A stretch of 59,435 bases of DNA, counting the filler. It is 6 parts of 6 records of this genome, joined end to end, with 100 filler letters (N's around TTAATTAATTAA, not from the genome) between each part and the next. Parts side by side here need not be neighbours in the genome. Positions count along the whole stretch, not along the records: positions 29,125 to 35,759 come from SRR31147125_11193; positions 35,860 to 59,435 come from SRR31147125_11205; 4 more parts are not named here. The stretch is one strand, 5' to 3'. Of the stretch, positions 32,093-43,252 are shown piece after piece. The notes beneath the pieces are model-generated. The model saw nothing but the letters and a program-made list of their open reading frames with translations, had not been told where the DNA came from and made no database searches. The first letter of the stretch is position 1. Each line of letters opens with the position of its first letter. A program made the translations under genes and the position numbers.

Positions 32093-32869
32093 TCAGGTTT
32101 TACGTGGCGGGGATACTTTCAATGCAACATTATGGCGTTCGAGGGCCAGCGCAAGGTCTCCTGTCGGGGGTTCATCGGTAATCAACAGATCGATATCGCC
32201 CCAGCCCGCAAAGCGTGCCGGAAACTTGATGTTGAACTTCGACTTGTCCGCAACAAGTATCTTCTTCGAGGCCCTCAACAACATGGATGTATAGATTTCA
32301 CCGGCCTCGATGAGAGCATCGCAGGGGCCATCCAGACCCAAGCCACTGGCACTGACAATGGAACAATCCACCCAGAAGTTTTCCAGGAAGCGCAGGGTGT
32401 AAGTACCGTGGTTCGCGCCCTCGGTGGCAATGTAGAGACCCGGCGCCATGAGGACGTTGATGGTCGGGTTGTGAGCCAGCTCTATGGCCACCCCGAAAGA
32501 ATGAGCAATCACCGTGAGATTGGACATTTCGGCAGCAATGCGTCTGGCAACGTGAACAGTCGTTGCACCGGAACCGATCATCAGATGGGTTGCACCCTGG
32601 ATATCCTTCACGGTCTGGCGGGCTATCGCCTCCCGCTCCTCAACCAGAAGATTACGGCGTTCCTTGAGCCCCGGTTCCTGCTCCAGATGCAGAATTGCGC
32701 CACCATATGTCCGCTCAAGCAGCCCCTGAGCCTCCATTTCATCCAGATCACGCCGAATGGTTTCGGTGGAGACATTCAGATGGTCCGCCATCTCGTTGAC
32801 CCGCAATGAGGGGGATTGGCGAAGCAGAGCAATTATCTCGTTGTGTCGTATGGTTTTTTTGTTTGACAT
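32093..32869 (-). CDS. DeoR/GlpR family transcriptional regulator
   Basis: [10 protein letters not shown]...RTYGGA HTH; GSGATT and VADKSKF sensor domain. Confidence 0.94.
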   Translation of the reverse strand: MSNKKTIRHNEIIALLRQSPSLRVNEMADHLNVSTETIRRDLDEMEAQGLLERTYGGAILHLEQEPGLKERRNLLVEEREAIARQTVKDIQGATHLMIGSGATTVHVARRIAAEMSNLTVIAHSFGVAIELAHNPTINVLMAPGLYIATEGANHGTYTLRFLENFWVDCSIVSASGLGLDGPCDALIEAGEIYTSMLLRASKKILVADKSKFNIKFPARFAGWGDIDLLITDEPPTGDLALALERHNVALKVSPPRKT

Positions 32870-33029
32870 TGCCTTATGCTATCATAATTTTTTTTAAATA
32901 ATTAGTGCTTTTAAAGCTATTAACTGCGACAACCTATAGAAAAATTGCCGGCGTCCACACCCGGCTGCTGCCCGGACTTTCCCGTTTATTTCCACAGACA
33001 ACCGCCTTTTTTTAACGGTTTACCGCTGG

Positions 33030-33809
33030 TCAGATTTCCGCAATGGCTTCGAGGGATTCTGGTAGAATCTGGCCACCATCCACAACAATGGACTGCCCAG
33101 TGATGTAGGCCGCCTCCTTGGAAGCGAAAAACAGGGCCGCATAGCCGATATCCTCCACATCTCCAAGCCGCTTTAGGGTGATGGAAGCTGCCATGGTATC
33201 GAGATACTCCTGGCCCAGGTCCTCCAGTCCTTCCGTGATGATATTGCCCGGCATGACCGCGTTGATGGTCGTATTGTAGCGCGACAGCTCCATGGCTGCA
33301 GTTTTCAGGAAGCCCAACTGGCCGGCTTTGGAGGCCCCGTAGTGCGACCAGCCGGGATAGCCCGTCACCGGCCCCGTGATCGATGAGGTCAGGATAACCC
33401 GGCCGCCACCGCTGCATTCGAATTGAGGGATGCAGGCTTTGACACACAGAAAGCTGCTTTTCAGGTTGGTTGCCATGACCGAGTCCCAATCCTGCGCGGA
33501 CATTTCGATCATCTTCTTCTGCGGAAATATTCCCGCATTGGCGCAGAGGATATTGACCCCGCCAAAGGTTTTGGCCGTTTCGGCAACCATGGCATCGACC
33601 TGTTGTTCATCCGCGACGTCGCACAGAGTATATGCGGCCTTGCCGCCCTGGGCCTTGATTTCCTTGACGGTTTTCACCGCCTCAGCTTCTCCCCGGGCGA
33701 CGACCATGACGTTGGCCCCCTGGTTGGCGAAGACTTTGGCGATTCCCTTGCCGATGCCTTTCGAGGCGCCTGTAACAATCACTGTCTGATCTTTGATGGA
33801 AGTCAGCAT
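33030..33809 (-). CDS. Short-chain dehydrogenase/reductase (FabG-like, probably catabolic)
   Basis: TGASKGIG, NAG, YGASK. Confidence 0.92.
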   Translation of the reverse strand: MLTSIKDQTVIVTGASKGIGKGIAKVFANQGANVMVVARGEAEAVKTVKEIKAQGGKAAYTLCDVADEQQVDAMVAETAKTFGGVNILCANAGIFPQKKMIEMSAQDWDSVMATNLKSSFLCVKACIPQFECSGGGRVILTSSITGPVTGYPGWSHYGASKAGQLGFLKTAAMELSRYNTTINAVMPGNIITEGLEDLGQEYLDTMAASITLKRLGDVEDIGYAALFFASKEAAYITGQSIVVDGGQILPESLEAIAEI

Positions 33810-33951
33810 AATTTTAAGTACTCCTTTATAGCGTTATTTTTTTCTTTCCTAGGAGTCTGTTGGGCATGGGGGATCGTTATGGGAAAATGGGAAATCTGGG
33901 CCGATTTGCCTTTTTCGCAGTAGATTCATGCCTATATCCAACAGCCTCCTA

Positions 33952-34755
33952 TCAGGTTCTCATTTGCTTGAAGGCAGGCAGCAGAGCCCGAATGGTAAAT
34001 GCGACTGCAATCAGCAGGGCCGAGGCAGCCACGGAGAGCACACCCAAGGTTGGCACCAGTGGCGAGTAACCGGACACCATCTTGGCGTAGAGCCATTCCG
34101 GCAGGGTGGAGTCCGCCCCGGTCGTGAACAGGGAGAGGGGAAAGTTACCCCAACTCAACAGAAAAGCGAACAGACCTGCGGAGTTAACGGCCGGCCACAA
34201 CAGGGGGATGGTCACCTCTTTCATGATCTGCCAGTTGCTGCAGCCCATATCCCTTGCCGCGTCCTCCAGGGAAGGATCAAAACCGTATGCCCGAATGGCG
34301 ATAATGAGAGTGACGATGGGAGTGATCCAGACCAGATGCGCGACAATGGCCGTGCGCCAGCTGGGAATGATGTGCAGGGCGTTGAACCACATGAGCAGGG
34401 CCAAGCCGAGCACCGTCTGAGGGAAAAATATCGGCAGCAGGATGAGCTTCTGATAGAGCTTGCGATAGCGCCATTGATAGCGGGCAAACGCCAGTGCGCC
34501 GAAAAAGCCGACAACAATGGAGACAATAGTTACAATAGCGGCAATGCTCAGGGATGTTCCCAGAAGTTCAGCGACCGTATGGCTCTGGAGAGCCTTGATG
34601 TACCATCCTGTAGCGTATTTACGGATTGGAAAGCTCAGGTAACGTGCCTTGGAAACTGACGCGAAGCCCACCGTGACCACCGGCAGATAGAGAAACAGCA
34701 GAATAAAGATGCCGTAAAGAAAAAGCGACAGACGTGTAAAATTGGATGTTTTCAT
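33952..34755 (-). CDS. ABC transporter permease (PotC-like)
   Basis: Hydrophobic, EDAARDMG EAA loop, TLP motif. Confidence 0.9.
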   Translation of the reverse strand: MKTSNFTRLSLFLYGIFILLFLYLPVVTVGFASVSKARYLSFPIRKYATGWYIKALQSHTVAELLGTSLSIAAIVTIVSIVVGFFGALAFARYQWRYRKLYQKLILLPIFFPQTVLGLALLMWFNALHIIPSWRTAIVAHLVWITPIVTLIIAIRAYGFDPSLEDAARDMGCSNWQIMKEVTIPLLWPAVNSAGLFAFLLSWGNFPLSLFTTGADSTLPEWLYAKMVSGYSPLVPTLGVLSVAASALLIAVAFTIRALLPAFKQMRT

Positions 34756-34758
34756 GAG

Positions 34759-35613
34759 TTATTTTCCCTTGCCCATCACTGTATCGAGGTCGATTTTCGA
34801 CAGGGTCCAGACAATCAGCCCGGCAATCACAAAGATCAGGACCATTGCCAGGGCCGACCCCAGAGGCCAGTTCTGGCCATAGGTAAAAGCACTTTCCACG
34901 TCGTCCGATATGACGATGACGGCCTGCCCGCCCAGGAGTTTGGATTCAGCCACGGCCCCGGCCGCCAGCACGAAGGTTAGGAGGGAGCCTACGACAATGC
35001 CGGGAGAAGCAAGGGGCAACTCGATTTCGGTAAATATCTGCCAGCGGCTGGCACCCATATCAATGGCGGCATGGCGGGCATCCTCGGGGATCATGGCGAT
35101 ACCCTGGGCCACGGGAAAGAGCATAAACGGCAGATAGATATAAATCAGACCAAAGATAATTACGGGCACGTTGTACAATAGCCCTTCAAAACTCAACCCC
35201 GTCCAGTGGCGCAGATAGCCTTCGATCAATCCTCCCTTCATAAGGGTGAGAACCCAGCCGAAAAGGCGAATGTTTTCGGAAACGAAGAGGGTCATAACGA
35301 CCAGCACGGTTATAATCAGGGTAAAGCGTTTAAAAACCCTGACCATGGCGTAGGCCAGGGGCCAACAGATAACCAGCAGCAACGCCGTCGCGACACCCGC
35401 CATGCCCATGGACCAGGCAAGGGATTTCCAGTAGCCCTGGCGGACAAACTCCACATAGGCGGAAAAATCGGGAACATGGGCAAGGCTGAAAACCTTGGCT
35501 GGCATGATGGAAAACGCCGCCACCGCAAACAAAGGCGCAATGAAGGTAAGTAGGAGTAAAACCGTCAAGGGCAGCGATGAAAAGATACCCAGGCGTTTTT
35601 CGCGTCTGTTCAT
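34759..35613 (-). CDS. ABC transporter permease (PotB-like)
   Basis: YLPFM, AAIDMGAS, NWPLGSALA. Confidence 0.9.
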   Translation of the reverse strand: MNRREKRLGIFSSLPLTVLLLLTFIAPLFAVAAFSIMPAKVFSLAHVPDFSAYVEFVRQGYWKSLAWSMGMAGVATALLLVICWPLAYAMVRVFKRFTLIITVLVVMTLFVSENIRLFGWVLTLMKGGLIEGYLRHWTGLSFEGLLYNVPVIIFGLIYIYLPFMLFPVAQGIAMIPEDARHAAIDMGASRWQIFTEIELPLASPGIVVGSLLTFVLAAGAVAESKLLGGQAVIVISDDVESAFTYGQNWPLGSALAMVLIFVIAGLIVWTLSKIDLDTVMGKGK

Positions 35614-35759
35614 GCGACATCCTCCTGAATCAGGTGCGCCTGCTGCCAGTCGAATCCCAACCTGGCCAAGGTTCCAGGCTGTCCGACCACATCATTGGAG
35701 GCTTCCACGACAATAACCGTGCCGTCATGCTGCTCGATTTCGTACTGGGTCCGCGAGCC
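35610..35759 (-). CDS. ABC ATP-binding protein C-terminus (TOBE-like), partial
   Basis: GSRTQYEIEQHDGTVIVVEASNDVVGQPGTLARLGFDWQQAHLIQEDVA*, with an ATGA overlap with the permease. Confidence 0.7.
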   Translation of the reverse strand, partial: GSRTQYEIEQHDGTVIVVEASNDVVGQPGTLARLGFDWQQAHLIQEDVA

Positions 35760-35859
35760 NNNNNNNNNNNNNNNNNNNNNNNNNNNNNNNNNNNNNNNNN
35801 NNNTTAATTAATTAANNNNNNNNNNNNNNNNNNNNNNNNNNNNNNNNNNNNNNNNNNNN
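35760..35859. other. Artificial contig linker
   Basis: N44-TTAATTAATTAA-N44. Confidence 0.99.
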
Positions 35860-35860
35860 A

Positions 35861-37033
35861 AAAGCGCCCCGCAAATCGGCATCCACACAAGTCAAAGTCA
35901 ATACCGTTAAACTGGATGATCTGGTGGATTGCGCCGGTGAGCTCGTCATTGCCCAATCCATGCTCAAGCAGCAGGCACTCAGGGATCCCTCTTTGCATCA
36001 GGGTATCAATCAATTGGAACAGATCGTCTCCAATATTCAGCGGATTGCCATGTCCATGCGCATGATTCCCATCCACAATACTTTCATGAAGATGATCCGA
36101 TTGGTCCGGGATCTCTCCCGTAAATCCCAAAAAAACGTGACCCTCAACATGGGCGGAGAGGATACGGAAGTCGATCGAAACGTGGTGGATGCACTGTATG
36201 AGCCCATGGTTCACATGATCCGAAATGCCATTGATCACGGCATCGAAACAGAAGATGATCGGAGAGCCGCAGGCAAACCCCCGCAGGGAACCATCCAGCT
36301 GAAGGCATACCACAAAGGGGGTAGTATTGTCATCGAAATAGAAGATGACGGAAAAGGGCTTGATAAAGATCTCATCCTGGCAAAGGCGCTTCAAAAAGGC
36401 ATTGTAAAACAAGATGTCCAACTGACGGAAACGCAAATATACGATCTCATCATGGCTCCGGGATTTTCCACCGCTGCCGCCATTACCGATATTTCCGGAC
36501 GAGGCGTTGGAATGGATGTGGTAAAAGAGGGCATTGAACGATTCAGAGGCGATCTGGCCATCACCTCCAAGCCGGGTGAAGGCACTCGGTTTACCATCAG
36601 TCTTCCCCTGACCCTTGCCATTATCGACGGCATGCTCGTAAGAGTGGGGCAGGAAAAATATGTAATCCCGGCCATTGCCATTCAGCGCTCTTTCAAACCG
36701 AAACAAAAGGATTGCTTTACGGTCAAAGGAAAAGGGGAGATGATCCGGGAACGGGAAGACCTTATTCCCCTCATTCGAATGAAACCGCTTTGCAATGTGG
36801 ACAATGACGTCACCCACCCCTGGGAAGGGCTTGTGGTGGTTGTGGAATCCAAAGATGAAAAACGGTGCCTACTGGTGGATGAACTTCTGGGCAAGGACGA
36901 ATACGTCATCAAAAGCCTTGGGGGGCACTTGGAGAACATCACCGGCTTCTCCGGCGGGGCCATCCTCAGTGACGGAAAAGTGGGACTTATTTTGGATATC
37001 CACGGCATTTTTGATTTAGCGTCGATGCTGTGA
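35861..37033 (+). CDS. cheA: Chemotaxis histidine kinase CheA, C-terminal part
   Basis: KLDDLVDCAGELVI, HMIRNAIDHG, SGRGVGMD and a CheW domain. Confidence 0.95.
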   Translation, partial: KAPRKSASTQVKVNTVKLDDLVDCAGELVIAQSMLKQQALRDPSLHQGINQLEQIVSNIQRIAMSMRMIPIHNTFMKMIRLVRDLSRKSQKNVTLNMGGEDTEVDRNVVDALYEPMVHMIRNAIDHGIETEDDRRAAGKPPQGTIQLKAYHKGGSIVIEIEDDGKGLDKDLILAKALQKGIVKQDVQLTETQIYDLIMAPGFSTAAAITDISGRGVGMDVVKEGIERFRGDLAITSKPGEGTRFTISLPLTLAIIDGMLVRVGQEKYVIPAIAIQRSFKPKQKDCFTVKGKGEMIREREDLIPLIRMKPLCNVDNDVTHPWEGLVVVVESKDEKRCLLVDELLGKDEYVIKSLGGHLENITGFSGGAILSDGKVGLILDIHGIFDLASML

Positions 37034-37156
37034 TCGTGACGCCGTAATTCACCTCTCCGACGGTCACGGAAGCTGTGCTCATGTTTCCCATTCCAGCCCA
37101 ATTTTCCCGCCGGAAACGGATCCTGCACCAACTGTAAATGACTCTGAAACGAGGGC

Positions 37157-37656
37157 TTGCCATTGAAACTTATCGTCGGTGTATCAGACATGAAAGTGAG
37201 CAACGATCCCAACAACGAGCTGATTACCTATTCGCTGGGTTCCTGCATCGGCTTGGTCATCTATGACCCTGTGGTCAAAGTGGGGGGAATGCTTCACTAC
37301 ATGCTTCCGGAGTCGAAGATCGATCGGGAAAAGGCCCGAAAAAATCCATGGATGTTTGCAGACAGCGGTATCCCAAGCCTGTTCAAGGAAAGTTACAAAT
37401 ACGACGCATTTAAAAAACGAATAAAAGTGGCTGTTTTCGGCGGCTCACAAATTCTGGATCAAAACGGTTTTTTCAATATTGGTAAACGTAACTATATGGC
37501 CTTAAAAAAATTTTTTTCAAAAACAATGTATTGATCAGTTATGAAGATGTGGGGGGCAATGTCAATCGAACGGTTCGTCTGGAGATTGCCACGGGTAATA
37601 TCTTTGTCAAAACCTCCGGTTCCAAGGAGGTCAACATCACTTCCCAATTGAGGTAG
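37157..37656 (+). CDS. cheD: CheD, frameshift near 37510
   Basis: LGSCIG, HYML, IGKRN; second frame EDVGGNVNRTVRL to TAG at 37654-37656. Confidence 0.92.
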
Positions 37657-37662
37657 GTCACC

Positions 37663-38511
37663 ATGACACCCATTCAGCAGTTGATCAAAGAGGTCAAGAA
37701 TCTGAAGCCCGTACCTGCCATTGCCGGACAAATCGTGACGATGGCGGACAGCCCTTCCTGCAGCATGACGGATATTGCCGAGATCATCCAGTACGATCCC
37801 GCCCTGACGGCTCACCTTCTTCGCATTTGCAACTCCGCGTACTTCGGTCTGACCAATCCTATGGAGTCGGTGAAAGATGCGGTTGCCATATTGGGTATCG
37901 ACCAAATTGTGGAGCTGGTCCTTCTCAATACCGGATCCAAGCCCCTTCTCAACGCCCAGAAAGGGTATGATATGCAAAAAGGGGCCATGTGGAAACATGC
38001 GGTTTCTTCTGCACTGATCGCAAAGGATATTGCAAAGGAAAAGCTTCCTGAACAGCGAAATACCATCTTCACGGCCGCACTGTTAAAAGATATCGGGAAA
38101 GTGGTTCTGGATAAATTCATCCAGCAGTCCCTCACTCAGATCGAAGAGCGGGTGAAAAATGACGGTCGCACCTTTCTTGAAGCCGAAAAGGAGATCATTG
38201 GTGCGGACCATGCGGAAATCGGCGGCATGATTGCCAAGATGTGGAAATTCAGCCCCACCATGGTTAAAATTATCCGTCATCATCACCTGACCGATGAGAG
38301 GATGAAGCAGGAGCATGATGTCGCCATTGTCTATCTTGCCGACTGTATCTGTATGATGATGGGGGTGGGAATCGGGGCGGATGCACTGGCCTACCGATTT
38401 GATCGATCTGTCTTGGATGAGCTGGACATGAGCCCCGGAGACATTTCAAATATTATGGCGGACTTCACATTCAATATGCAGAAGGTTGAAGATTTACTCC
38501 ATCTCGTATAA
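37663..38511 (+). CDS. HDOD domain protein
   Basis: DPALTAHLLRICNSAYFG, LLKDIGK, DHAEIG, W..S...IRHHH. Confidence 0.9.
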   Translation: MTPIQQLIKEVKNLKPVPAIAGQIVTMADSPSCSMTDIAEIIQYDPALTAHLLRICNSAYFGLTNPMESVKDAVAILGIDQIVELVLLNTGSKPLLNAQKGYDMQKGAMWKHAVSSALIAKDIAKEKLPEQRNTIFTAALLKDIGKVVLDKFIQQSLTQIEERVKNDGRTFLEAEKEIIGADHAEIGGMIAKMWKFSPTMVKIIRHHHLTDERMKQEHDVAIVYLADCICMMMGVGIGADALAYRFDRSVLDELDMSPGDISNIMADFTFNMQKVEDLLHLV

Positions 38512-38555
38512 TATGCAGGCATTAATACTTTGGCACTCTATTCGAGGGGCTTTGA

Positions 38556-38981
38556 ATGACATTTTCCATCTTACTTGTTGACGACTCCATGCCCATGCGT
38601 TCCGTGATCAAAAAAACGTTTCGAGCCGCAGGCTATGGAAGCTCGGACTTTCATGAAGCATCCAATGGCCTTGAGGCACTCGAACAGTTGGAACAGCAGT
38701 GGATCGACCTTGTGGTAACAGACTTTACAATGCCGATCATGAACGGCCTTGACTTGATTGATAAAATGAAAGCCAACGATCTATATCGGGAAATTCCCGT
38801 GGTTGTGGTCACCACCGAAGGCAGTCAGGAAAAAATCGATCAATTTACTCGATCCGGTGCCAGGGGATACATCAAAAAACCATTTACTCCGGAGCAGATT
38901 AGGGATGTCGTGACGGAAATACTTGGAGAATCCGATGGATATGACGCATTTGACGACGATGATGACGGCTTCGATTTCTGA
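38556..38981 (+). CDS. cheY: CheY response regulator with an acidic tail
   Basis: VDDS, TDFTMP, TTE, KKPF. Confidence 0.9.
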   Translation: MTFSILLVDDSMPMRSVIKKTFRAAGYGSSDFHEASNGLEALEQLEQQWIDLVVTDFTMPIMNGLDLIDKMKANDLYREIPVVVVTTEGSQEKIDQFTRSGARGYIKKPFTPEQIRDVVTEILGESDGYDAFDDDDDGFDF

Positions 38982-39423
38982 AGTGATGGAGACCATGTTC
39001 TACATTCCAGTAGAACCCCAGGAAGCCGGAGGAATCCAAACATGCGGATTTCCGGACGGCGAAGAGGTAATGGCGTGCAGCATCAACTTTTCCGGGTCTT
39101 TTTCAGGAACCCTTTATATTTTCATCCCCCGGGCCCTACTCATGGTCATCACGGAGAATTTCATTGGAGAACCGGGTGACGTGCTTACGGATGAGCACCT
39201 GATCGGTACCCTCAAGGAAACTTTGAATATGATCGCCGGCAACACCTTCAGTAAAATCGATCCCAACGCATCTTTCGGCCTCGGAGTTCCTGAAATGGAT
39301 CCGGGACTCTACGACAAGTTATGCAACAATGGCGGAGCCTCTTTCCAGGACAGCGATACCACCGGCTTTTTTGTAATCAACACCATGGATGGGGATATGG
39401 CTGTTGCTGCAAAGCTTTCTTGA
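38935..39423 (+). CDS. cheX: CheX-like phosphatase
   Basis: SEVMETMF, FSGSFSG, KETLNMIAG; GGAG RBS at 38925-38928. Confidence 0.85.
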   Translation: MDMTHLTTMMTASISEVMETMFYIPVEPQEAGGIQTCGFPDGEEVMACSINFSGSFSGTLYIFIPRALLMVITENFIGEPGDVLTDEHLIGTLKETLNMIAGNTFSKIDPNASFGLGVPEMDPGLYDKLCNNGGASFQDSDTTGFFVINTMDGDMAVAAKLS

Positions 39424-39429
39424 TCGTGA

Positions 39430-40512
<1,083 letters not shown>

Positions 40513-40515
40513 CAA

Positions 40516-41427
40516 TCAGTCGGCTGGATGATAATGGACATGCACCTGACGCATCAACTCAATCTCTTCCATCAGTGTCTCTTCAACCTCGGTGGCAATG
40601 GCATCGCCTTTGGCAACGCTGATTTCTCCATTCACTCCAATGGTGATATTGACCACCAGGTACGGGCCGAATCGATGGGCTTTTACCTCCTCCACCGCCT
40701 CAACCCCGTTTATTTGAGCAAGTATGGAGCGAATCTGTTTTGAGAGCTGCTTGCCGGGGATGGTATCCATCAACTCCCCGGCTGAATCTCGAAGAATCTC
40801 AATTCCCGTATGGAGAACAATCAAGGAGACCACGGCTCCGGCCAAAGGATCGACCCAGACAGCCCCCATTCGACCGAAAATAATCCCAATGGTGGCGGCA
40901 AGGGAAGCCCATACATCATTTCGATGATCGCTTGCCAGTGCCAGCACCGCACTATTTTGCGTCGTCTCTCCCACCTGCTTTGTCCAGAAGCTAAGCCCCA
41001 GCTTCAACACCACGGTAAAGATAGCCACCCATAATGCCATTAATGCGGGACCTTGAAACTCCCCGGAATCCGTTGTAACGAGTTCATACACCCTGTTGAT
41101 GCTATTCCAGAAAATGGCAATGGCGGTGGTCATCACAAACGCCCCCACCACAACGGCGGCAATACTCTCCAACTGTTCATGACCATAGGGATGCTCATGA
41201 TCGGCTGGTTTTCCAGAGAGACGCATAAAAATATTGACCACAATCCCGTATGCCACGTCCGATGTGGAGTTGATTCCGTCGGCTAAAAGGGCCGGACTTG
41301 CCCCGACAATCCCGATGATTGTTTTCAACAGCGCCAATATGATGTTGGCTGAAAGACCGATATTGACGGCCAGCATCCCTTTTTGACGTCGCTCATTTTT
41401 TCTCTCATCCAAAATAAATTCACTCAT
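40516..41427 (-). CDS. Cation diffusion facilitator (FieF-like) transporter
   Basis: ALLADG.NS.SD, HPYGH, DHRND, VHVH. Confidence 0.92.
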   Translation of the reverse strand: MSEFILDERKNERRQKGMLAVNIGLSANIILALLKTIIGIVGASPALLADGINSTSDVAYGIVVNIFMRLSGKPADHEHPYGHEQLESIAAVVVGAFVMTTAIAIFWNSINRVYELVTTDSGEFQGPALMALWVAIFTVVLKLGLSFWTKQVGETTQNSAVLALASDHRNDVWASLAATIGIIFGRMGAVWVDPLAGAVVSLIVLHTGIEILRDSAGELMDTIPGKQLSKQIRSILAQINGVEAVEEVKAHRFGPYLVVNITIGVNGEISVAKGDAIATEVEETLMEEIELMRQVHVHYHPAD

Positions 41428-41436
41428 TTCTCTATC

Positions 41437-42527
41437 TTACAATCGCTCAAGAAGACTTTCATAGGCTTCGTTTAATTGTACAAACGCCTCATCGGATCCG
41501 CCTCGATCAGGGTGATGCTTGCCGGCAAGTTTTCTGTAATGGCGTGTCAACTCTTTTAATGTCATCTGCTGAAACTCGGATTTGCTCAATTCCATTATTT
41601 TGAGGGCCTTATCCTCTCTCACCCGCTTTTTCGGTGGAGGCTCATGACGGGCACGATGGGCATTCATGAATCGTCTGGCAAAGTCATCCAGCAGTGTACT
41701 GTCGTCATAGTCATGGTCAAAAAACATGATCACGTAGCGCCTAAGATAAGGATGAAGTATCTCGCTCTTTTCTTTGCTTTTACTTTGGGCCTTGTTCAGA
41801 GCCTCCCTTTGGACAGCAACATCATAATCAAAAAGCCCCTCATGGAACAACGTATGGTTGATGAGACAAAGGGTGTCAATGAAATAGGTGTCCACGGCCT
41901 CCTGATCCATGGCATGGGGCATCCGCTTGGCCATGAAGCTTTTAAAAAAACGCTGGATATCCAATGATGCATAAAGATAGGATTTCAGCTCGGTGGATTT
42001 CAGGCGCATTTCCTGATGTAAAAAATACTGCTCGATCTCATCCCTGGATTTCTCCAACAGCGGCTTGAAAATCACATCCGGCATATTTTCAACAGGACCT
42101 TGATCGATACGGCCGAATTTCAAAAAATGGAGCCTTCGTTTATCAAAGCGAGGCATCCGGTAGCGGATAAAGTTACGATTGTGCTCGGTTAGCTTCCCTC
42201 GACCGCTTGATGGGCTATCTCCACGGCTTTGGAAGGTCTCCACGGCTCGCCTAATTTCCGGCCGGACAAATGGCCAGAAGAGCGCTTCCAGCGCATCGGA
42301 GTCGATAGCGCCTTTTCCGAGATACGCCTCAAGATCGGAACGGGACAGTCTCTTCTCAATCTCTTCATCAACATAAAAGGCATTTCCCCCGGGATAGACC
42401 AGATACTTGGATGGATCCTTGCCCAACTCAAAAAGATCTTTTGAAAAAACCCCAACTCCGTCTTGAAGGATTGCCGCAAACAATAGCGTGTCCGCCCTTT
42501 TAAGGGGCTTATTTGGGCCATATACAT
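41437..42527 (-). CDS. Protein with a C-terminal DnaJ J-domain, frameshift near 42445
   Basis: YRKLAGKHHPDRGG; N-terminus MYMAQ...YCLRQS in ORF 42189-42539 joins at a T-run. Confidence 0.8.
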
Positions 42528-42656
42528 AGCATCACCCATACGTTACCGAAGAAGTTTAATCTTTGACACCCCTGTCCGATTCAGGTAAAACTTGTGCATC
42601 AAAGTAAACCGTACACAATAGAAAAGCAATGAGAATTGCGATGAGGAGAAGATAGC

Positions 42657-43190
42657 ATGGCAGGAGTAAACAAGGCGATTATCGTTGGACGACTGGGACG
42701 GGATCCGGAGATCATGTATAGCCAGCAAGGCATGGCCGTTGTAAAATTGGCCGTTGCCACATCCGAAACTTGGATTGACAAAAATACCAATGAACGACAG
42801 GAAAGAACCGAGTGGCACCGCATCACCGTCTTTGGAAAACAAGCGGAGAATTGCGAACGCTACCTTTCAAAAGGACGCCAAGTATATGTCGAAGGGCGCC
42901 TTCAGACCAGTTCATATGAAAAAGAGGGGCAAACCCACTACAGCACGGACATCATCGCCAACATTGTGCAATTTTTAGGCGATCGAAATGATGGCGGCGG
43001 CCAAGGAGGCGGTGGATATCAGCAGTCTCGTCAAGCCCCCAATCAGGGAGGCGGATATCAAGGTGACGGCAGCTACCAGGGTGGGGGTGGCGGGGGCGGG
43101 TATTCATCTCCGACAGCTCCGGGCTCCACGCCGCCTTCAGATTCGGGCAATGCTCCGTCCATGCCTCCCGAGGATGACATTCCATTTTAA
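42657..43190 (+). CDS. ssb: Single-stranded DNA-binding protein
   Basis: VNKAIIVGRLGRDPE, TEWH, Gly-rich linker, DDIPF. Confidence 0.97.
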   Translation: MAGVNKAIIVGRLGRDPEIMYSQQGMAVVKLAVATSETWIDKNTNERQERTEWHRITVFGKQAENCERYLSKGRQVYVEGRLQTSSYEKEGQTHYSTDIIANIVQFLGDRNDGGGQGGGGYQQSRQAPNQGGGYQGDGSYQGGGGGGGYSSPTAPGSTPPSDSGNAPSMPPEDDIPF

Positions 43191-43252
43191 TTCATTACCA
43201 CGTATGCCTCTTCTGAATATGGGATCGGAAGGGGCATTACACAACGCACAAT

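Noticed and set aside
31265-32809. 514-aa ORF that looks like a novel TatC fusion
   Set aside because: Artefact: the middle frame of frameshifted tatC runs through the intergenic element and the antisense strand of deoR.
5492-35859. Five identical TTAATTAATTAA motifs flanked by N runs, as a possible repeat array or att sites
   Set aside because: They are synthetic six-frame-stop contig linkers. No gene-neighbourhood inference should cross them.
35804-36817. 337-aa minus-strand ORF and similar long antisense ORFs over pnp, infB, omp85 and DUF362
   Set aside because: Shadow ORFs opposite well-supported genes in moderately GC-rich DNA.
42990-43140. GGC/GGT-rich quasi-repeats
   Set aside because: They encode the normal Gly/Pro-rich SSB linker.
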